53,538 bases of DNA from Oscillospiraceae bacterium (GCA_015068965.1 SVJN01000001.1:1-53538); one strand, 5' to 3'. Positions 1 to 10,083 are shown, counted from the first letter of the stretch. Notes: generated by a model not told the origin, from the sequence alone. Made by a program: numbers and translations.

Positions 1-58
1 ATGTGCATTCAACACAATAGCCTCTTTTTATATTACTTTCTTTGGTACGTTATCACAA

Positions 59-913
59 TTAGCAGGGCTTACAACCGCAGTCTGGCTGTTTTCCCGTCTG
101 GATATCATCGGGGAATTCGCACCGTTCGGGCGGGAAAAATTCATCCACCGGGAAACAGATGCGTTCAAACAAATCGCAGGGGTTATCGTCGGTTGCACCG
201 ACGCATTCCTTCTGCGGAACACAGAAATCGTATGCCGGAATCAGAAGCTGAACCTTACGTTCCAGCTTGATGATAGAGAAGAGTCCCAAGGATACATAAA
301 CCCGTTTCTGACCGCCCGATAAAATCAGGCTATCGTCAAAGACACGGCAAACCGATTCCGGAACACTTGACAAATCAAAATCATCGTCACAACAGCAGTT
401 ATCCTTGACATCCACAACCTTTGCGCCCAACGCAATCGGGTCAACTACCTCAACGATAGCGGACGGCATATTGGTTTTGCGCCACAACTGCGGATCAAAG
501 GCATCCTCTTTATATTTGGATGCAAAAATTTTAGCATTTCCCTCTGAACCGAACAGAATGACCTTTTTATCAAAGGTAACAAGACCTTCTACCTCGGTCG
601 GTCTGCCAAGTCCGGTAAAGACCGCTAAGGTAATCCGGAAGAAATACTTCAAATCAATCGAGTAGAAGCCACGGTTAAAGGGAACCGGCTCAATATCAGA
701 AAATACCCAGATAATTTCTGCCTTGGTACATTTTACGCTGATTGCACGGTCAACAATCTCCTGACCGCAGGCGGTCAGATAAACACGCACGTTCTCAATG
801 CAATCTTTATCCCGGCAGGAGTCATAGATTTTATCGGTATGTATACAAACAGCTTCCTTGAATCCTTGCTCGTTACAGTTTGTGTTGAATTTTTCACCCA
901 TAATACGAAACAT
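59..913 (-). CDS. Cysteine-rich conserved hypothetical protein (possibly sporulation or spore-coat associated)
   Basis: 284-aa ORF with a GAAAGG RBS-like sequence just upstream. It has 18 Cys, including CCCDDD and a C-terminal CGCKPC. I cannot name a family with certainty. A sigmaK-like promoter lies upstream (next feature). Confidence 0.6.
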   Translation of the reverse strand: MFRIMGEKFNTNCNEQGFKEAVCIHTDKIYDSCRDKDCIENVRVYLTACGQEIVDRAISVKCTKAEIIWVFSDIEPVPFNRGFYSIDLKYFFRITLAVFTGLGRPTEVEGLVTFDKKVILFGSEGNAKIFASKYKEDAFDPQLWRKTNMPSAIVEVVDPIALGAKVVDVKDNCCCDDDFDLSSVPESVCRVFDDSLILSGGQKRVYVSLGLFSIIKLERKVQLLIPAYDFCVPQKECVGATDDNPCDLFERICFPVDEFFPPERCEFPDDIQTGKQPDCGCKPC

Positions 914-946
914 CCTTTCATAAAATATCAGGGAATACCCTTGCTA

Positions 947-974
947 TATCATATGAAAGGATGATTTTTTTTGT
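947..974 (-). promoter_or_regulatory. SigmaK-like (late mother-cell) promoter candidate
   Basis: The minus strand reads AC, then 17 nt, then CATATGATA. This fits the Bacillus/Clostridium sigmaK consensus AC-16/17-CATAnnnTA, and it lies about 35 nt upstream of the ATG at 913. Confidence 0.25.
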
Positions 975-985
975 GAGTTCTTTTT

Positions 986-1930
986 TTAGAAATTTTTTGC
1001 AAAATCCACTTCACGCACCGAAAAGCTCTTTCCGTCTAAATAGGAAAGGATGCCGGCATCTGTGGTAAAGGAAAAGGTCAGACGGTAGGAGTAGAGTGCC
1101 TGATACCGCCGTTTTGCATCTTTTGGGAGCTTCCCGTATTTGCCGTCCCCGACCAGCGGATGCCCGATTGAGGCAAAATGTGCACGAATCTGATGCGTTC
1201 TTCCGGTCAGTAAATCCACCTCCAGAAGACTTTGGTTGTCGTGTGCCTTTAACACCCGATACCGTGTCCGGATAGATTTGGAGCCGGGCGTGGATTTTTG
1301 TGAGACAAATACCCGCTTTTTCTTTTCGTCCTTGAATAAATAGCCAAAGAGGGTGTCCTCTTGCCTGGGGAGATACCCCTCAACCAGACAAAGATATTGC
1401 TTGGTAAGCTCACGGTCCTTGATTTTCTGATTCAGAATCCGTAAAGACTCTGCATTCTTTGCGGCAATTACAATGCCGCCGGTGTTTCGGTCAATGCGGT
1501 TACAAAGTGCAGGTGCAAAGCTATGCTCTGCATCCGGCTGATATTCCCCTTTTTTGTAGAGATAGTTTAAAATGCGTGCAATCAGAGTGTCGGTTGCACC
1601 TTCATCATCCTCATGTACCACAATCCCGGGCTTTTTATCAACCAATAGGATATTTTCATCCTCATACACAATTTCCGGCATTTCACCGGAGTGCAAAAAT
1701 GCCTGCTCTTTTTTCGGAGCTTCCAAAAATTCATCCTTAAAATAAAGAGACAGAACATCGCCTTCTGCAAGCTTAACCGATGCATCCTTTAAATGCTTGC
1801 CGTTCCGGCGGACGCAGTTTTTCCGGATTCCCTTATAAAGCATGGAGGCAGGAAGCTGTGGAAATGCTTTTTGCATGAATTTATCGAACCGTTGACCGGC
1901 ATCATTTTTCTCAATTTGTACTTCTTTCAT
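986..1930 (-). CDS. RluA-family 23S rRNA/tRNA pseudouridine synthase with an N-terminal S4-like domain
   Basis: 314 aa. Catalytic-loop-like NRIDRNTGGIV, HQIRAHFASIGHPLVGDGKYG, and an S4-like N-terminus (RFDKFM...LYKGIRKNCVRRNG). Confidence 0.9.
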   Translation of the reverse strand: MKEVQIEKNDAGQRFDKFMQKAFPQLPASMLYKGIRKNCVRRNGKHLKDASVKLAEGDVLSLYFKDEFLEAPKKEQAFLHSGEMPEIVYEDENILLVDKKPGIVVHEDDEGATDTLIARILNYLYKKGEYQPDAEHSFAPALCNRIDRNTGGIVIAAKNAESLRILNQKIKDRELTKQYLCLVEGYLPRQEDTLFGYLFKDEKKKRVFVSQKSTPGSKSIRTRYRVLKAHDNQSLLEVDLLTGRTHQIRAHFASIGHPLVGDGKYGKLPKDAKRRYQALYSYRLTFSFTTDAGILSYLDGKSFSVREVDFAKNF

Positions 1931-2062
1931 AGACTTTTTATCCGCAAAGCGGATTTTTTTCCTCCAAATTGTAAATTTTTTTCTAAAATGATTGTATCAC
2001 AAATCAATCTGTGATACAATTGTTTTATATGAATTTTTTGAAAATTTGAAAGGATTGTTTTT

Positions 2063-2947
2063 ATGGGACTGTTTTTTAACTATTCAAAGCCGGGACCGGG
2101 CATCGACAAGAATGCACCGAAGAAGAAGGGTATCTTTTTATATTTTGAACTGTATTTCCGCAAATTCTGGAAAATGATTCAGGCGAATCTGTTGTATTTT
2201 ATTTGCAGTATTCCGATGCTTCTGATTTATATGGCATTTTTCATGTTCTTTGTGGTTCCGTATATGACCGACGTGATTGGTGTGCTTTCGGGCGGAGATG
2301 CCGAGGCGCAGGCAATTTATATGCTGATGTTTACGGTGCTGTTCTCGATTATCACATTGATTTTGTGGGGCTCGGGACCTGCATCTGCCGGGTATGCGTA
2401 TCTGATGCGTTGCTTTGCAAGGGAGGAGCACGCCTGGATTATGAGCGACTTCAAGGATAAATTCAAGGAGAATTTCAAGCAGGCAATCGTGGTTTCCATC
2501 GTAGATATTGTGATTTTATTCGTTTCCACCACGGCAATCCGGTTTTATGTCGGCTCTTATCAGAATACGCACAGTACCTTATATCTGATGCTGGCAAGCT
2601 TGGTTGTGATTGTGTTTGTTCTCTATACCTTCATGCACTATTATATCTATCAGCTGATGGTTACCTTTGAAAACAGTCTTTCACAGCTTTACCGGAATTC
2701 GGCGATTTTAGCAATCGGATTTTTGCCTATGAACATCATTCTGACCTTGATTAGTGTCGGTGCAACCATGGTTGCATATACAACCCTGCATCCGCTGTTC
2801 GGACTTGTTGTGGCGGCGGTTATCTGGGTCAGTGCATTCCGATTCCCGTTCGACTTCTATTCCGCAAGAACCATTCGTCGCAGATTGATTCCGGAGGAAC
2901 CGGAAACCGATACGATTGAGTCCATTGTTGAGGATGACGCAGAATAA
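2063..2947 (+). CDS. YesL/DUF624-family integral membrane protein
   Basis: 294 aa. The N-terminus ([46 protein letters not shown]) is typical of DUF624/YesL, and several TM segments follow. The RBS is GAAAGGA. Confidence 0.75.
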   Translation: MGLFFNYSKPGPGIDKNAPKKKGIFLYFELYFRKFWKMIQANLLYFICSIPMLLIYMAFFMFFVVPYMTDVIGVLSGGDAEAQAIYMLMFTVLFSIITLILWGSGPASAGYAYLMRCFAREEHAWIMSDFKDKFKENFKQAIVVSIVDIVILFVSTTAIRFYVGSYQNTHSTLYLMLASLVVIVFVLYTFMHYYIYQLMVTFENSLSQLYRNSAILAIGFLPMNIILTLISVGATMVAYTTLHPLFGLVVAAVIWVSAFRFPFDFYSARTIRRRLIPEEPETDTIESIVEDDAE

Positions 2948-2967
2948 TAGAAAAAGGACAGGGGAAC

Positions 2968-4836
2968 ATGGGAAATTATCTTGACACATATGACGTAGCG
3001 GTTGTCGGTGCAGGTCATGCAGGAATTGAGGCGGCATTGGCGGCGGCACGTTTAGGAATGAAAACGGTGATGTTTTCAATCAGCTTGGATGCCATCGGGA
3101 ATCTGCCATGCAATCCGAGCATCGGCGGAACCGCAAAGGGACATCTGGTGCGTGAGATTGACGCATTGGGCGGAGAAATGGGAAAGGCGGCGGATGCAAC
3201 CTTTATCCAATCGAAAATGTTGAACCGCGGCAAAGGCCCGGCGGTGCATTCTCTGCGCTGTCAGATTGACCGGAAGCGCTATCACATTCAAATGAAAAAG
3301 ACGGTGGAAAACCAGGAAAATCTTCTGATTAAGCAGGCAGAGATTGTTGCGGTGCTTACCGAGGATGGAAAGGTTTCTGGTGTCAGAACGCATTTGGGAA
3401 CAGAATTTGGCGCAAGGGCTGTGATTATTGCCACCGGAACCTATCTGCGGGGAAAAATCTTAATCGGTGATTTTGAGCAGGAAAGCGGTCCGGACGGAAC
3501 CTTTCCGGCAAACAAGCTTTCTGCCAATCTCAAGGAGCTGGGCATTGAAATCCTGCGGTTTAAAACCGGAACTCCGGCAAGAATCCATGCCGACAGTCTG
3601 GATTTTGACAAAATGGAGCGGGAAGAGGGCGACGAGCGGATTGTGCCGTTCTCCTTTGAAACCGAGGATGCAGGCGAGAATATTGCTCCCTGCTGGCTGA
3701 CCTATACCAATGAAAACACGCATCAGATTATTTTAGACAATCTGGAAAAAGCACCGCTCTATAGCGGCAGAGTGGAGGGTGTCGGCGCACGATATTGTCC
3801 GTCCATTGAGGATAAGGTGGTACGTTTTAAGGACAAGCCCCGGCATCAGCTTTTTATGGAGCCGATGGGACTGGACACCAAGGAAATGTATGCACAGGGC
3901 ATCAGCACCGGCTTGCCGGAGGATATTCAGTTAAAAATGCTCCGTACCATCAAGGGCTTGGAGCGGGTGGAAATCATGCGTCCGGCATATGCCATTGAAT
4001 ATGACTGCATCGACCCGACACAGCTTTATCCGACCTTGGAGTTTAAACAGCTTCCGGGCCTCTACGGTGCCGGACAGTTCAACGGTACCAGCGGTTATGA
4101 AGAAGCCGCGGCGCAAGGTCTGGTTGCCGGCATCAATGCGGCGTTGAAGCTAAAGGGTGAGGAGCCGATGATTTTAGACCGTTCCCAGGGTTATATCGGA
4201 ACATTAGTGGATGATTTGGTTACCAAAGGAACCAACGAGCCTTACCGGATGATGACCTCACGTTCAGAATACCGACTGCTCCTGCGGCAGGATAATGCAG
4301 ATGAACGTCTGACACCGATTGGGTATCGGGTGGGCTTGATTTCGGAACAACGATATCAGAAATTGCAGGAAAAGCTCCGTATGGTGCAGGAGGAGGTTGA
4401 CCGCTTGTGTGCAATCCACCTTTCGCCGGCGGTAGCCAACCCCGTTTTGGAAAAGTACGGAACCACGCCGGTTACCACCGGAATCGGACTTTCCGATATG
4501 CTAAAACGTCCCGAGCTGGATTATGAAAAGCTTGCCGAGGTGGACGAAAACCGTCCCGACCTGCCGATAGAAATCTGGGAGCAGGCAGAAATCCGGTTAA
4601 AATATGAGGGCTATATCAACCGTCAGATGCAGCAGGTGGAGCAGTTCCGCAAAATGGAGGAACGTCCCTTGCCGCAAAACTGCGATTATTCCAATATTCA
4701 TGGCTTGCGTTTAGAGGCACGGCAGAAGCTCAATAAAATCCAACCGACATCGTTGGGGCAGGCATCCAGAATTTCGGGTGTTTCGCCGTCCGATATTTCG
4801 GTGCTGATTGTCTGGCTGGAATCTCAAAAATTATAA
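2968..4836 (+). CDS. mnmG: tRNA uridine 5-carboxymethylaminomethyl modification enzyme MnmG (GidA)
   Basis: 622 aa. FAD-binding [19 protein letters not shown], with full-length resemblance to GidA ([37 protein letters not shown]). Confidence 0.97.
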   Translation: MGNYLDTYDVAVVGAGHAGIEAALAAARLGMKTVMFSISLDAIGNLPCNPSIGGTAKGHLVREIDALGGEMGKAADATFIQSKMLNRGKGPAVHSLRCQIDRKRYHIQMKKTVENQENLLIKQAEIVAVLTEDGKVSGVRTHLGTEFGARAVIIATGTYLRGKILIGDFEQESGPDGTFPANKLSANLKELGIEILRFKTGTPARIHADSLDFDKMEREEGDERIVPFSFETEDAGENIAPCWLTYTNENTHQIILDNLEKAPLYSGRVEGVGARYCPSIEDKVVRFKDKPRHQLFMEPMGLDTKEMYAQGISTGLPEDIQLKMLRTIKGLERVEIMRPAYAIEYDCIDPTQLYPTLEFKQLPGLYGAGQFNGTSGYEEAAAQGLVAGINAALKLKGEEPMILDRSQGYIGTLVDDLVTKGTNEPYRMMTSRSEYRLLLRQDNADERLTPIGYRVGLISEQRYQKLQEKLRMVQEEVDRLCAIHLSPAVANPVLEKYGTTPVTTGIGLSDMLKRPELDYEKLAEVDENRPDLPIEIWEQAEIRLKYEGYINRQMQQVEQFRKMEERPLPQNCDYSNIHGLRLEARQKLNKIQPTSLGQASRISGVSPSDISVLIVWLESQKL

Positions 4837-4957
4837 AAAAGCTTCTGATCGAAGCCCCGCCTGCGGGCGTGGGATTTAGGTAGCAATTTTGTTATTCCGG
4901 AAATTACAACATAAATGTTGTAATTTCCTATATAATAAAAAAAATTTGGCTTTTGTC

Positions 4958-4986
4958 TTGACAAGATAAGCAATGTAGCATATAAT
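4958..4986 (+). promoter_or_regulatory. Consensus sigmaA promoter for the CE7 esterase gene
   Basis: TTGACA (4958-4963), a 17-nt spacer, then TATAAT (4981-4986). It lies about 40 nt upstream of the ATG at 5026, which has a GAGGAGG RBS. Confidence 0.6.
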
Positions 4987-5025
4987 CATGGAAGAAATAA
5001 AGGCAATAATGAGGAGGAAACGACT

Positions 5026-5985
5026 ATGCCAATGCTTGATATGCCATTAGAGCAATTAAAAACTTATCAGGGAATTAACCCAAAGCCGGCAGATTTTGAG
5101 GAATACTGGGCACGTGCGATTGCAGAAATGAAAGCAACCGACCCGCAAGTTTCGATTACCCCGGCAGAATTTCAATCACCGATTGCAGATTGCTATGATT
5201 TGTACTTTACCGGTGTGCACGGTGCAAGAGTGTATGCAAAGCTTTTAAAGCCGAAACATATAACCGGAAAATGTCCTGCAGTGATTAATTTCCATGGCTA
5301 TAACGGAAAAAGCGGTTCCTGGATGGAATATCTTTCCTATGTAGCTTCCGGTTTCGTGGTTGCGGCAATGGATTGCCGCGGTCAGGCAGGAAAATCGGTT
5401 GACGTTGGCGGAAATACCGGAAAAACAACCATCGGACACATTATCCGTGGCTTGAATGATGATCCGGATACCTTGATGTTCCGGGATATTTTCTTAGATA
5501 CTGCAGAATTGGCAGGCATTATCATGGATATGGATGATGTGGATGAGAATCGTGTTGGTGCACAGGGCGGAAGCCAGGGCGGTGCATTGACCATTGCCTG
5601 CGCAGCATTAGAGCCGAGAATCAAACGTGCTGCACCGCATTTCCCGTTTTTGTGTGACTATAAGCGTGTATGGGAAATGGATATGGCAGAGCGTGCTTAC
5701 GGAGAATTAAAGACCTATTTCCGTGAAAATGATCCCAGACATGAGCGTGAGGATGAAATCTTTACAAAACTCGGATACATAGACCTGCAGTTCTTAGCAC
5801 CCAGAATCAAGGCAAAGCTGAAGATGTTTACCGGTCTGATGGACAATATCTGTCCGCCGTCGACTCAGTTTGCGGCATACAATAAGATGACCTGCGAAAA
5901 AGAGGTTGTGATTTATCCGGATTTCGGACATGAAGGCTTGCCGGATAGCGGAGAAATTGCATATCAGTTTATGTTGGAATTATAA
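5026..5985 (+). CDS. CE7 acetylxylan esterase / cephalosporin-C deacetylase family protein
   Basis: 319 aa. All three CE7 signatures are present: RGQ (DCRGQAG), GxSQG (GGSQGG) and HE (FGHEGLP). Confidence 0.9.
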   Translation: MPMLDMPLEQLKTYQGINPKPADFEEYWARAIAEMKATDPQVSITPAEFQSPIADCYDLYFTGVHGARVYAKLLKPKHITGKCPAVINFHGYNGKSGSWMEYLSYVASGFVVAAMDCRGQAGKSVDVGGNTGKTTIGHIIRGLNDDPDTLMFRDIFLDTAELAGIIMDMDDVDENRVGAQGGSQGGALTIACAALEPRIKRAAPHFPFLCDYKRVWEMDMAERAYGELKTYFRENDPRHEREDEIFTKLGYIDLQFLAPRIKAKLKMFTGLMDNICPPSTQFAAYNKMTCEKEVVIYPDFGHEGLPDSGEIAYQFMLEL

Positions 5986-5988
5986 ATA

Positions 5989-6780
5989 TTAATAAGAAGA
6001 TGTTTCGGACGGTTTGGTTCGGAACATCTTTTTATATGCCCGGTAAAAGGAGGAATAGTCGCTCCAGCCGCATTGCAGATACGCCTCTGAGGGCGGCATT
6101 CCCCGGGAAATAAGATGGTGTGCGGCAATCAGCCTTTTCTCGGTGATATAGCGGTAAACCGAAATCCCCAGCTCCTCCCGGAACGCATGGGAAAGCGAGG
6201 AGGGAGAAACCCGAAGGCTTTTTGCAATTTCTGAAAGGGTGACCGGGGTTTGATAATTCCGGTCAATCCATCGGAGTGCTTCTGCAATCAAGGGATTTTC
6301 GTGATGTGTGCTGAGTGTGGTGCGTGTTCCGGACTGTAGCTTCAATTCTAACAGAAGCTGTGAAAATATGCCGTAGAGCAGGATTTTTTGCTCCTCCTCA
6401 GAAATCGGCTCGGAAAAGCTTTGTATCAGGCGATGAAATAACTGACGGATTATAGCATTTGGATTGGATAGGATTTGGATTTCGGTCATGATGGAGGCAA
6501 TCAGGTCGGAAAGCTCTGCTAAATCCGGGAAATTTAACACACATCGCTCGTATAAATCCTGATTCGGAATCGCAAACTGGTGATAGCTTTCCTTTGGAAT
6601 CAGCAAAAGAACTCCCGGCTTTAGCGGGAGCTTTTCTTTTTTTGTTAAAAAGGTCGCAGTATCGCCCATAAAATAGAGAATTTCGTGGTATGGATGAATT
6701 TCGGGCGCATCCGTCAGGGACTGTCCCTTTGCATAGCGGAACAAAAGTGCGTCCTTTGTCGTTCTGTTTTCTTGTCGCAT
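5989..6780 (-). CDS. AraC-family transcriptional regulator (cupin-like sensor plus HTH)
   Basis: The C-terminus carries an AraC HTH (LSEIAKSLRVSPSSLSHAFREELGISVYRYITEKRLIAAHHLI). The ORF track starts at 6819. I prefer the ATG at 6780 (MRQENR...) because it follows an AGAGGTG RBS and lies downstream of a good promoter. Confidence 0.85.
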   Translation of the reverse strand: MRQENRTTKDALLFRYAKGQSLTDAPEIHPYHEILYFMGDTATFLTKKEKLPLKPGVLLLIPKESYHQFAIPNQDLYERCVLNFPDLAELSDLIASIMTEIQILSNPNAIIRQLFHRLIQSFSEPISEEEQKILLYGIFSQLLLELKLQSGTRTTLSTHHENPLIAEALRWIDRNYQTPVTLSEIAKSLRVSPSSLSHAFREELGISVYRYITEKRLIAAHHLISRGMPPSEAYLQCGWSDYSSFYRAYKKMFRTKPSETSSY

Positions 6781-6799
6781 GGAATCACCTCTTTTTTTC

Positions 6800-6828
6800 A
6801 TTATAGCATAGCTTTGCAAGAATTACAA
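6800..6828 (-). promoter_or_regulatory. SigmaA promoter candidate for the AraC regulator
   Basis: The minus strand reads TTGTAA, then 17 nt, then TGcTATAAT (an extended -10). Confidence 0.5.
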
Positions 6829-6901
6829 TATATTAGCTTATTTTTGCAATTTACATTGTAAAAATAATAAGATAAAATGAAAAAAAGAAAGGGGCGATAC
6901 C

Positions 6902-7534
6902 ATGAATCCTATGGAATGGATTGAACAGAACAAAATCATTGTTATCATGCGCGGCCTGGAAAAGCAGGAGGCTCTGAATGCGGCAGAAGCAATGTACAAG
7001 GGTGGAATCCGTCTGATAGAGGTTACATTTCCAAAGGGAGAAAGCGTAGAGGGTACCAAAGAAACCATTTCTGCACTTTGCGAGCAGTTCAAGGGCAGAA
7101 TCTGCATCGGAGCCGGAACGGTTCTTTCTGAGGAGCAACTGCTTGCGGCTCGGGATGCAGGCGCAGAATATATTATCTCACCCAACACCGATGTTGCAAT
7201 CATCAAAAAGACAAAGGAGCTTGGATTGGTTTCGATTCCGGGCGCTTTAACGCCGTCCGAGGTTGTGGTTGCAGATGCTGCCGGAGCGGATTTTGTAAAA
7301 ATCTTCCCGGTTACTGCCTTCGGAAAGAATTATATCAAGCAGCTTGCCGCACCGCTTGCAGGTGTAAAATTGCTTGCGGTTGGTGGTGTGAGTGCCGAAA
7401 ACATGACCGATTATCTGGAACAGGGTGCGGTCGGTATCGGAATTGGCGGCAATGTAGTCAATAAAAAAATGATTCAAAGCGGCGATTGGGAGGGGATTAC
7501 TCGAGCCGCTTGGGAATATACAGAGCAATTATAA
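6902..7534 (+). CDS. KDPG/KDPGal-type (Eda/DgoA family) 2-dehydro-3-deoxy-phosphogluconate / KHG aldolase
   Basis: 210 aa. Typical Eda family layout (IRLIEVTF, GAGTVL, ISPN, IPG, and FVKIFP with the Schiff-base Lys). Confidence 0.85.
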   Translation: MNPMEWIEQNKIIVIMRGLEKQEALNAAEAMYKGGIRLIEVTFPKGESVEGTKETISALCEQFKGRICIGAGTVLSEEQLLAARDAGAEYIISPNTDVAIIKKTKELGLVSIPGALTPSEVVVADAAGADFVKIFPVTAFGKNYIKQLAAPLAGVKLLAVGGVSAENMTDYLEQGAVGIGIGGNVVNKKMIQSGDWEGITRAAWEYTEQL

Positions 7535-7550
7535 AAGGAGGAAATAATCT

Positions 7551-9146
7551 GTGGAAAAGTTATATAATAACATTGTATTGCCCCAGGAGTGGCCACCAAA
7601 ATATACGGTTGAGCAATATCTGGACAAGCAACCGGTCCCCTATCTGGAGCATCCGCCCCAGGTCATTGATATATCGGTCGGCAGACAGTTGTTTGTGGAT
7701 GATTTTCTGATTGAGGAAACCGACCTGGTGCCGGAATATCACAAAGCAAAGAAATTTGAGCAAAATCCGGTGCTAAAACCGGAAATGCCGTGGGAGACCG
7801 AGAACCGTCAGCCGTGTGCAACGCCCAAGAGCGGCGGTGTCTGGTACGACAAAAAGGAACAGAAATTCAAAATGTGGTATGAGGCAAGCTGGCTTCGGAA
7901 TATGGCTTATGCAGAAAGTGAGGACGGTATCCATTGGACACGCCCGGATTTGGATATTGAGCCTGGAACCAATAAAATTCTGACCTATGACCACAGCATT
8001 TGCGACGGTATCATGGATACAAACCAAACCAAACCGGAGGAAAAGCATTTAGGGGTACTGCGTCCCGATTCCACTACCGTCTGGATTGACGATGAAACCG
8101 AGGACGAAACGCAACGCTACAAAATGTATCTGAGAAATCCGGGCGCTGGCTGGCCGGGAATCCTCATGACCTCTGCAGACGGAATCCATTGGGAAAATGC
8201 AGAGTTTACGTTTACGGTCTATGACCGCTCGACCATGTTCTATAATGCGTTCCGTAAAAAGTGGGTGTATAGTGTTCGTGATATCGCACTCAGCGAGGGG
8301 GATTGGTATCGTAACCGTGCCTATGCAGAGAGCGACCGATTCTTAGGCGGTTTTTCGGATGAAACCAAGAAGGTGCATTGGCTGTCTGCCGACCGGGATA
8401 ACAAGGAAAATCCCTATATCGGCTTCAAGCCTCAGCTTTATAATGTGGATGCAATTGCATATGAGAGCATTATGGTGGGAATGTTTCAGGTGATGCGAGG
8501 ACCGGAAAATCATGTCTGTGAAGAATACGGAACGCCGAAGATTACAGAGCTTTTAGCAATGTACAGCCGTGACGGATTCCATTTTTCCCGTCCGACCGAT
8601 ACCCCGATTATCAATGCTTCTATCGCAGACGGTACGTGGGATAAGGGCTATGTGCAATCGGTTGGCGGTACCTGCATGGTAGTCGGGGATGAAATCTGGA
8701 TTTACTACATCGGCTTTGCAGGTGCTCCCGACCAGACAAAACTTGAATGGACAAAGGGAAACGGAATGTACGCAAACGGTGCAACCGGACTTGCAAAGCT
8801 TCGTCGGGACGGATTTGTTTCGATGAATGCCCAAAAGCCGGGAAGTCTTTTAACCAGACCGCTATGCTTTACCGATAAAAAGTATCTGTTTGCAAACTTT
8901 TCGGGAAAGCTGAGAATCGCATTATTAGACGAAGCAAAGAATGAACTGATAAAAAGTGATTGGATTGAGGCAGACAGCACTTGTTGTCGGATTGATTTGG
9001 GTGATTTTGATGTTTCTGCCTTGTCGGAAAAACCGTTCCGTATCCGATTTGAATTAGAAGCCGGAAAGCTCTATTCCTTCTGGTTCTCCGCTTCAGAGAA
9101 TGGTGAGAGCGGCGGCTATACCGGAGCAGGCTATAAAGAGGTATGA
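7551..9146 (+). CDS. Glycoside-hydrolase-like protein, probably beta-propeller fold (family unassigned)
   Basis: 531 aa with a GTG start 9 nt after an AAGGAGG RBS. I associate the N-terminal motif GRQLFVDDFLIEE...NPVLKPEMPWE, and repeated W/Y-rich strands such as GIHW, with propeller-type GH-like proteins. No signal peptide. The exact family is not determinable here. Confidence 0.55.
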   Translation: MEKLYNNIVLPQEWPPKYTVEQYLDKQPVPYLEHPPQVIDISVGRQLFVDDFLIEETDLVPEYHKAKKFEQNPVLKPEMPWETENRQPCATPKSGGVWYDKKEQKFKMWYEASWLRNMAYAESEDGIHWTRPDLDIEPGTNKILTYDHSICDGIMDTNQTKPEEKHLGVLRPDSTTVWIDDETEDETQRYKMYLRNPGAGWPGILMTSADGIHWENAEFTFTVYDRSTMFYNAFRKKWVYSVRDIALSEGDWYRNRAYAESDRFLGGFSDETKKVHWLSADRDNKENPYIGFKPQLYNVDAIAYESIMVGMFQVMRGPENHVCEEYGTPKITELLAMYSRDGFHFSRPTDTPIINASIADGTWDKGYVQSVGGTCMVVGDEIWIYYIGFAGAPDQTKLEWTKGNGMYANGATGLAKLRRDGFVSMNAQKPGSLLTRPLCFTDKKYLFANFSGKLRIALLDEAKNELIKSDWIEADSTCCRIDLGDFDVSALSEKPFRIRFELEAGKLYSFWFSASENGESGGYTGAGYKEV

Positions 9147-9147
9147 G

Positions 9148-10083
9148 ATGAATCTATTTACGATTGACGGAGGTACCACCAACACCCGGATTGCCTGGGT
9201 GTGTGACGGTGTGGTAAAAAAGCAGATAAAAATTCCCTGCGGTGCTGGCAGAACGGCAGAAACCGGAAACAATCAGGCGCTTTGTCGGGCGGTCGGAGAA
9301 GGCATCCGGGCAATGTCAGAGCTTTGTGAGGTTTCTGAAATTGTTGTGTCCGGAATGTGTAATTCCGAGCTGGGACTTTGTGAGGTGGCACATATCATGG
9401 CGCCGGCAGATGTCAGAACACTTGCCAATCATGTAAAAACCGTACATCTGCCCGAGGTCAGCCCACATTTGTTCCGACTGATTCCGGGTATGAAATGCGG
9501 TATGGATTCCTTAGAAACTGCAGATATGATGCGTGGGGAGGAAACCGAATTTTTCGGACTTTGCAAGGCAGAACATATCTGCGGAGCCGTTATGGCAGTT
9601 TCGCCGGGAACGCATACCAAACTGATACAATCGGATGCAGAAGGACGGATTGTGTCCTGCATTACCACCATGAGCGGAGAAATGATGGCGGCACTTTCGC
9701 AAAATACGATTTTAAAGCAATCGCTTTTGTTGCCCTTTCCAAAGGAATATGATTCTGATGCACTCATAAAAGGGTATCGGTTTGCAAAGCAATATGGACT
9801 CAATCAGGCTCTTTTTAAGGTGCGGATTCTGCGTACCCAGCTTGGAGCAGAGGGGATTGAGGCAAACAGCTTCTTTACCGGAGCAGTTCTTTCTGCCGAT
9901 ATCGGTCTGATTGCCAAGGCTTGCGGGAATTGCCGGATTCTTGTCGGTGGCTCAGAACCGCTGAATCGGATGTTTGCAGAATTGATTGCCTTTGAAACGA
10001 AAAAAGAGGTGCTGATTGTACCAAAAGAACACGCCGAAATTGCCTCGGCGTTGGGGGCATATGAAATCTACCAAAAAATGTAG
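9148..10083 (+). CDS. 2-dehydro-3-deoxygalactonokinase (DgoK)-family sugar-acid kinase
   Basis: The N-terminus FTIDGGTTNTRIAW is a DgoK-like ATPase motif. The ATG at 9148 lies 1 nt after the upstream TGA stop (9144-9146). The 9100 start in the ORF track would overlap the upstream gene. Confidence 0.75.
   Translation: MNLFTIDGGTTNTRIAWVCDGVVKKQIKIPCGAGRTAETGNNQALCRAVGEGIRAMSELCEVSEIVVSGMCNSELGLCEVAHIMAPADVRTLANHVKTVHLPEVSPHLFRLIPGMKCGMDSLETADMMRGEETEFFGLCKAEHICGAVMAVSPGTHTKLIQSDAEGRIVSCITTMSGEMMAALSQNTILKQSLLLPFPKEYDSDALIKGYRFAKQYGLNQALFKVRILRTQLGAEGIEANSFFTGAVLSADIGLIAKACGNCRILVGGSEPLNRMFAELIAFETKKEVLIVPKEHAEIASALGAYEIYQKM

Noticed and set aside
1-270. 89-aa plus-strand ORF at the left edge
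   Set aside because: It is antisense to the well-formed Cys-rich CDS at 59-913, is Arg-rich and shadow-ORF-like, and has no start context.
9100-9147. 48-nt N-terminal extension of the DgoK-type ORF as given in the ORF track
   Set aside because: It would overlap the 3' end of the upstream gene. The conserved kinase N-terminus (MNLFTIDGGTTN) begins at the ATG at 9148, 1 nt after the upstream stop.
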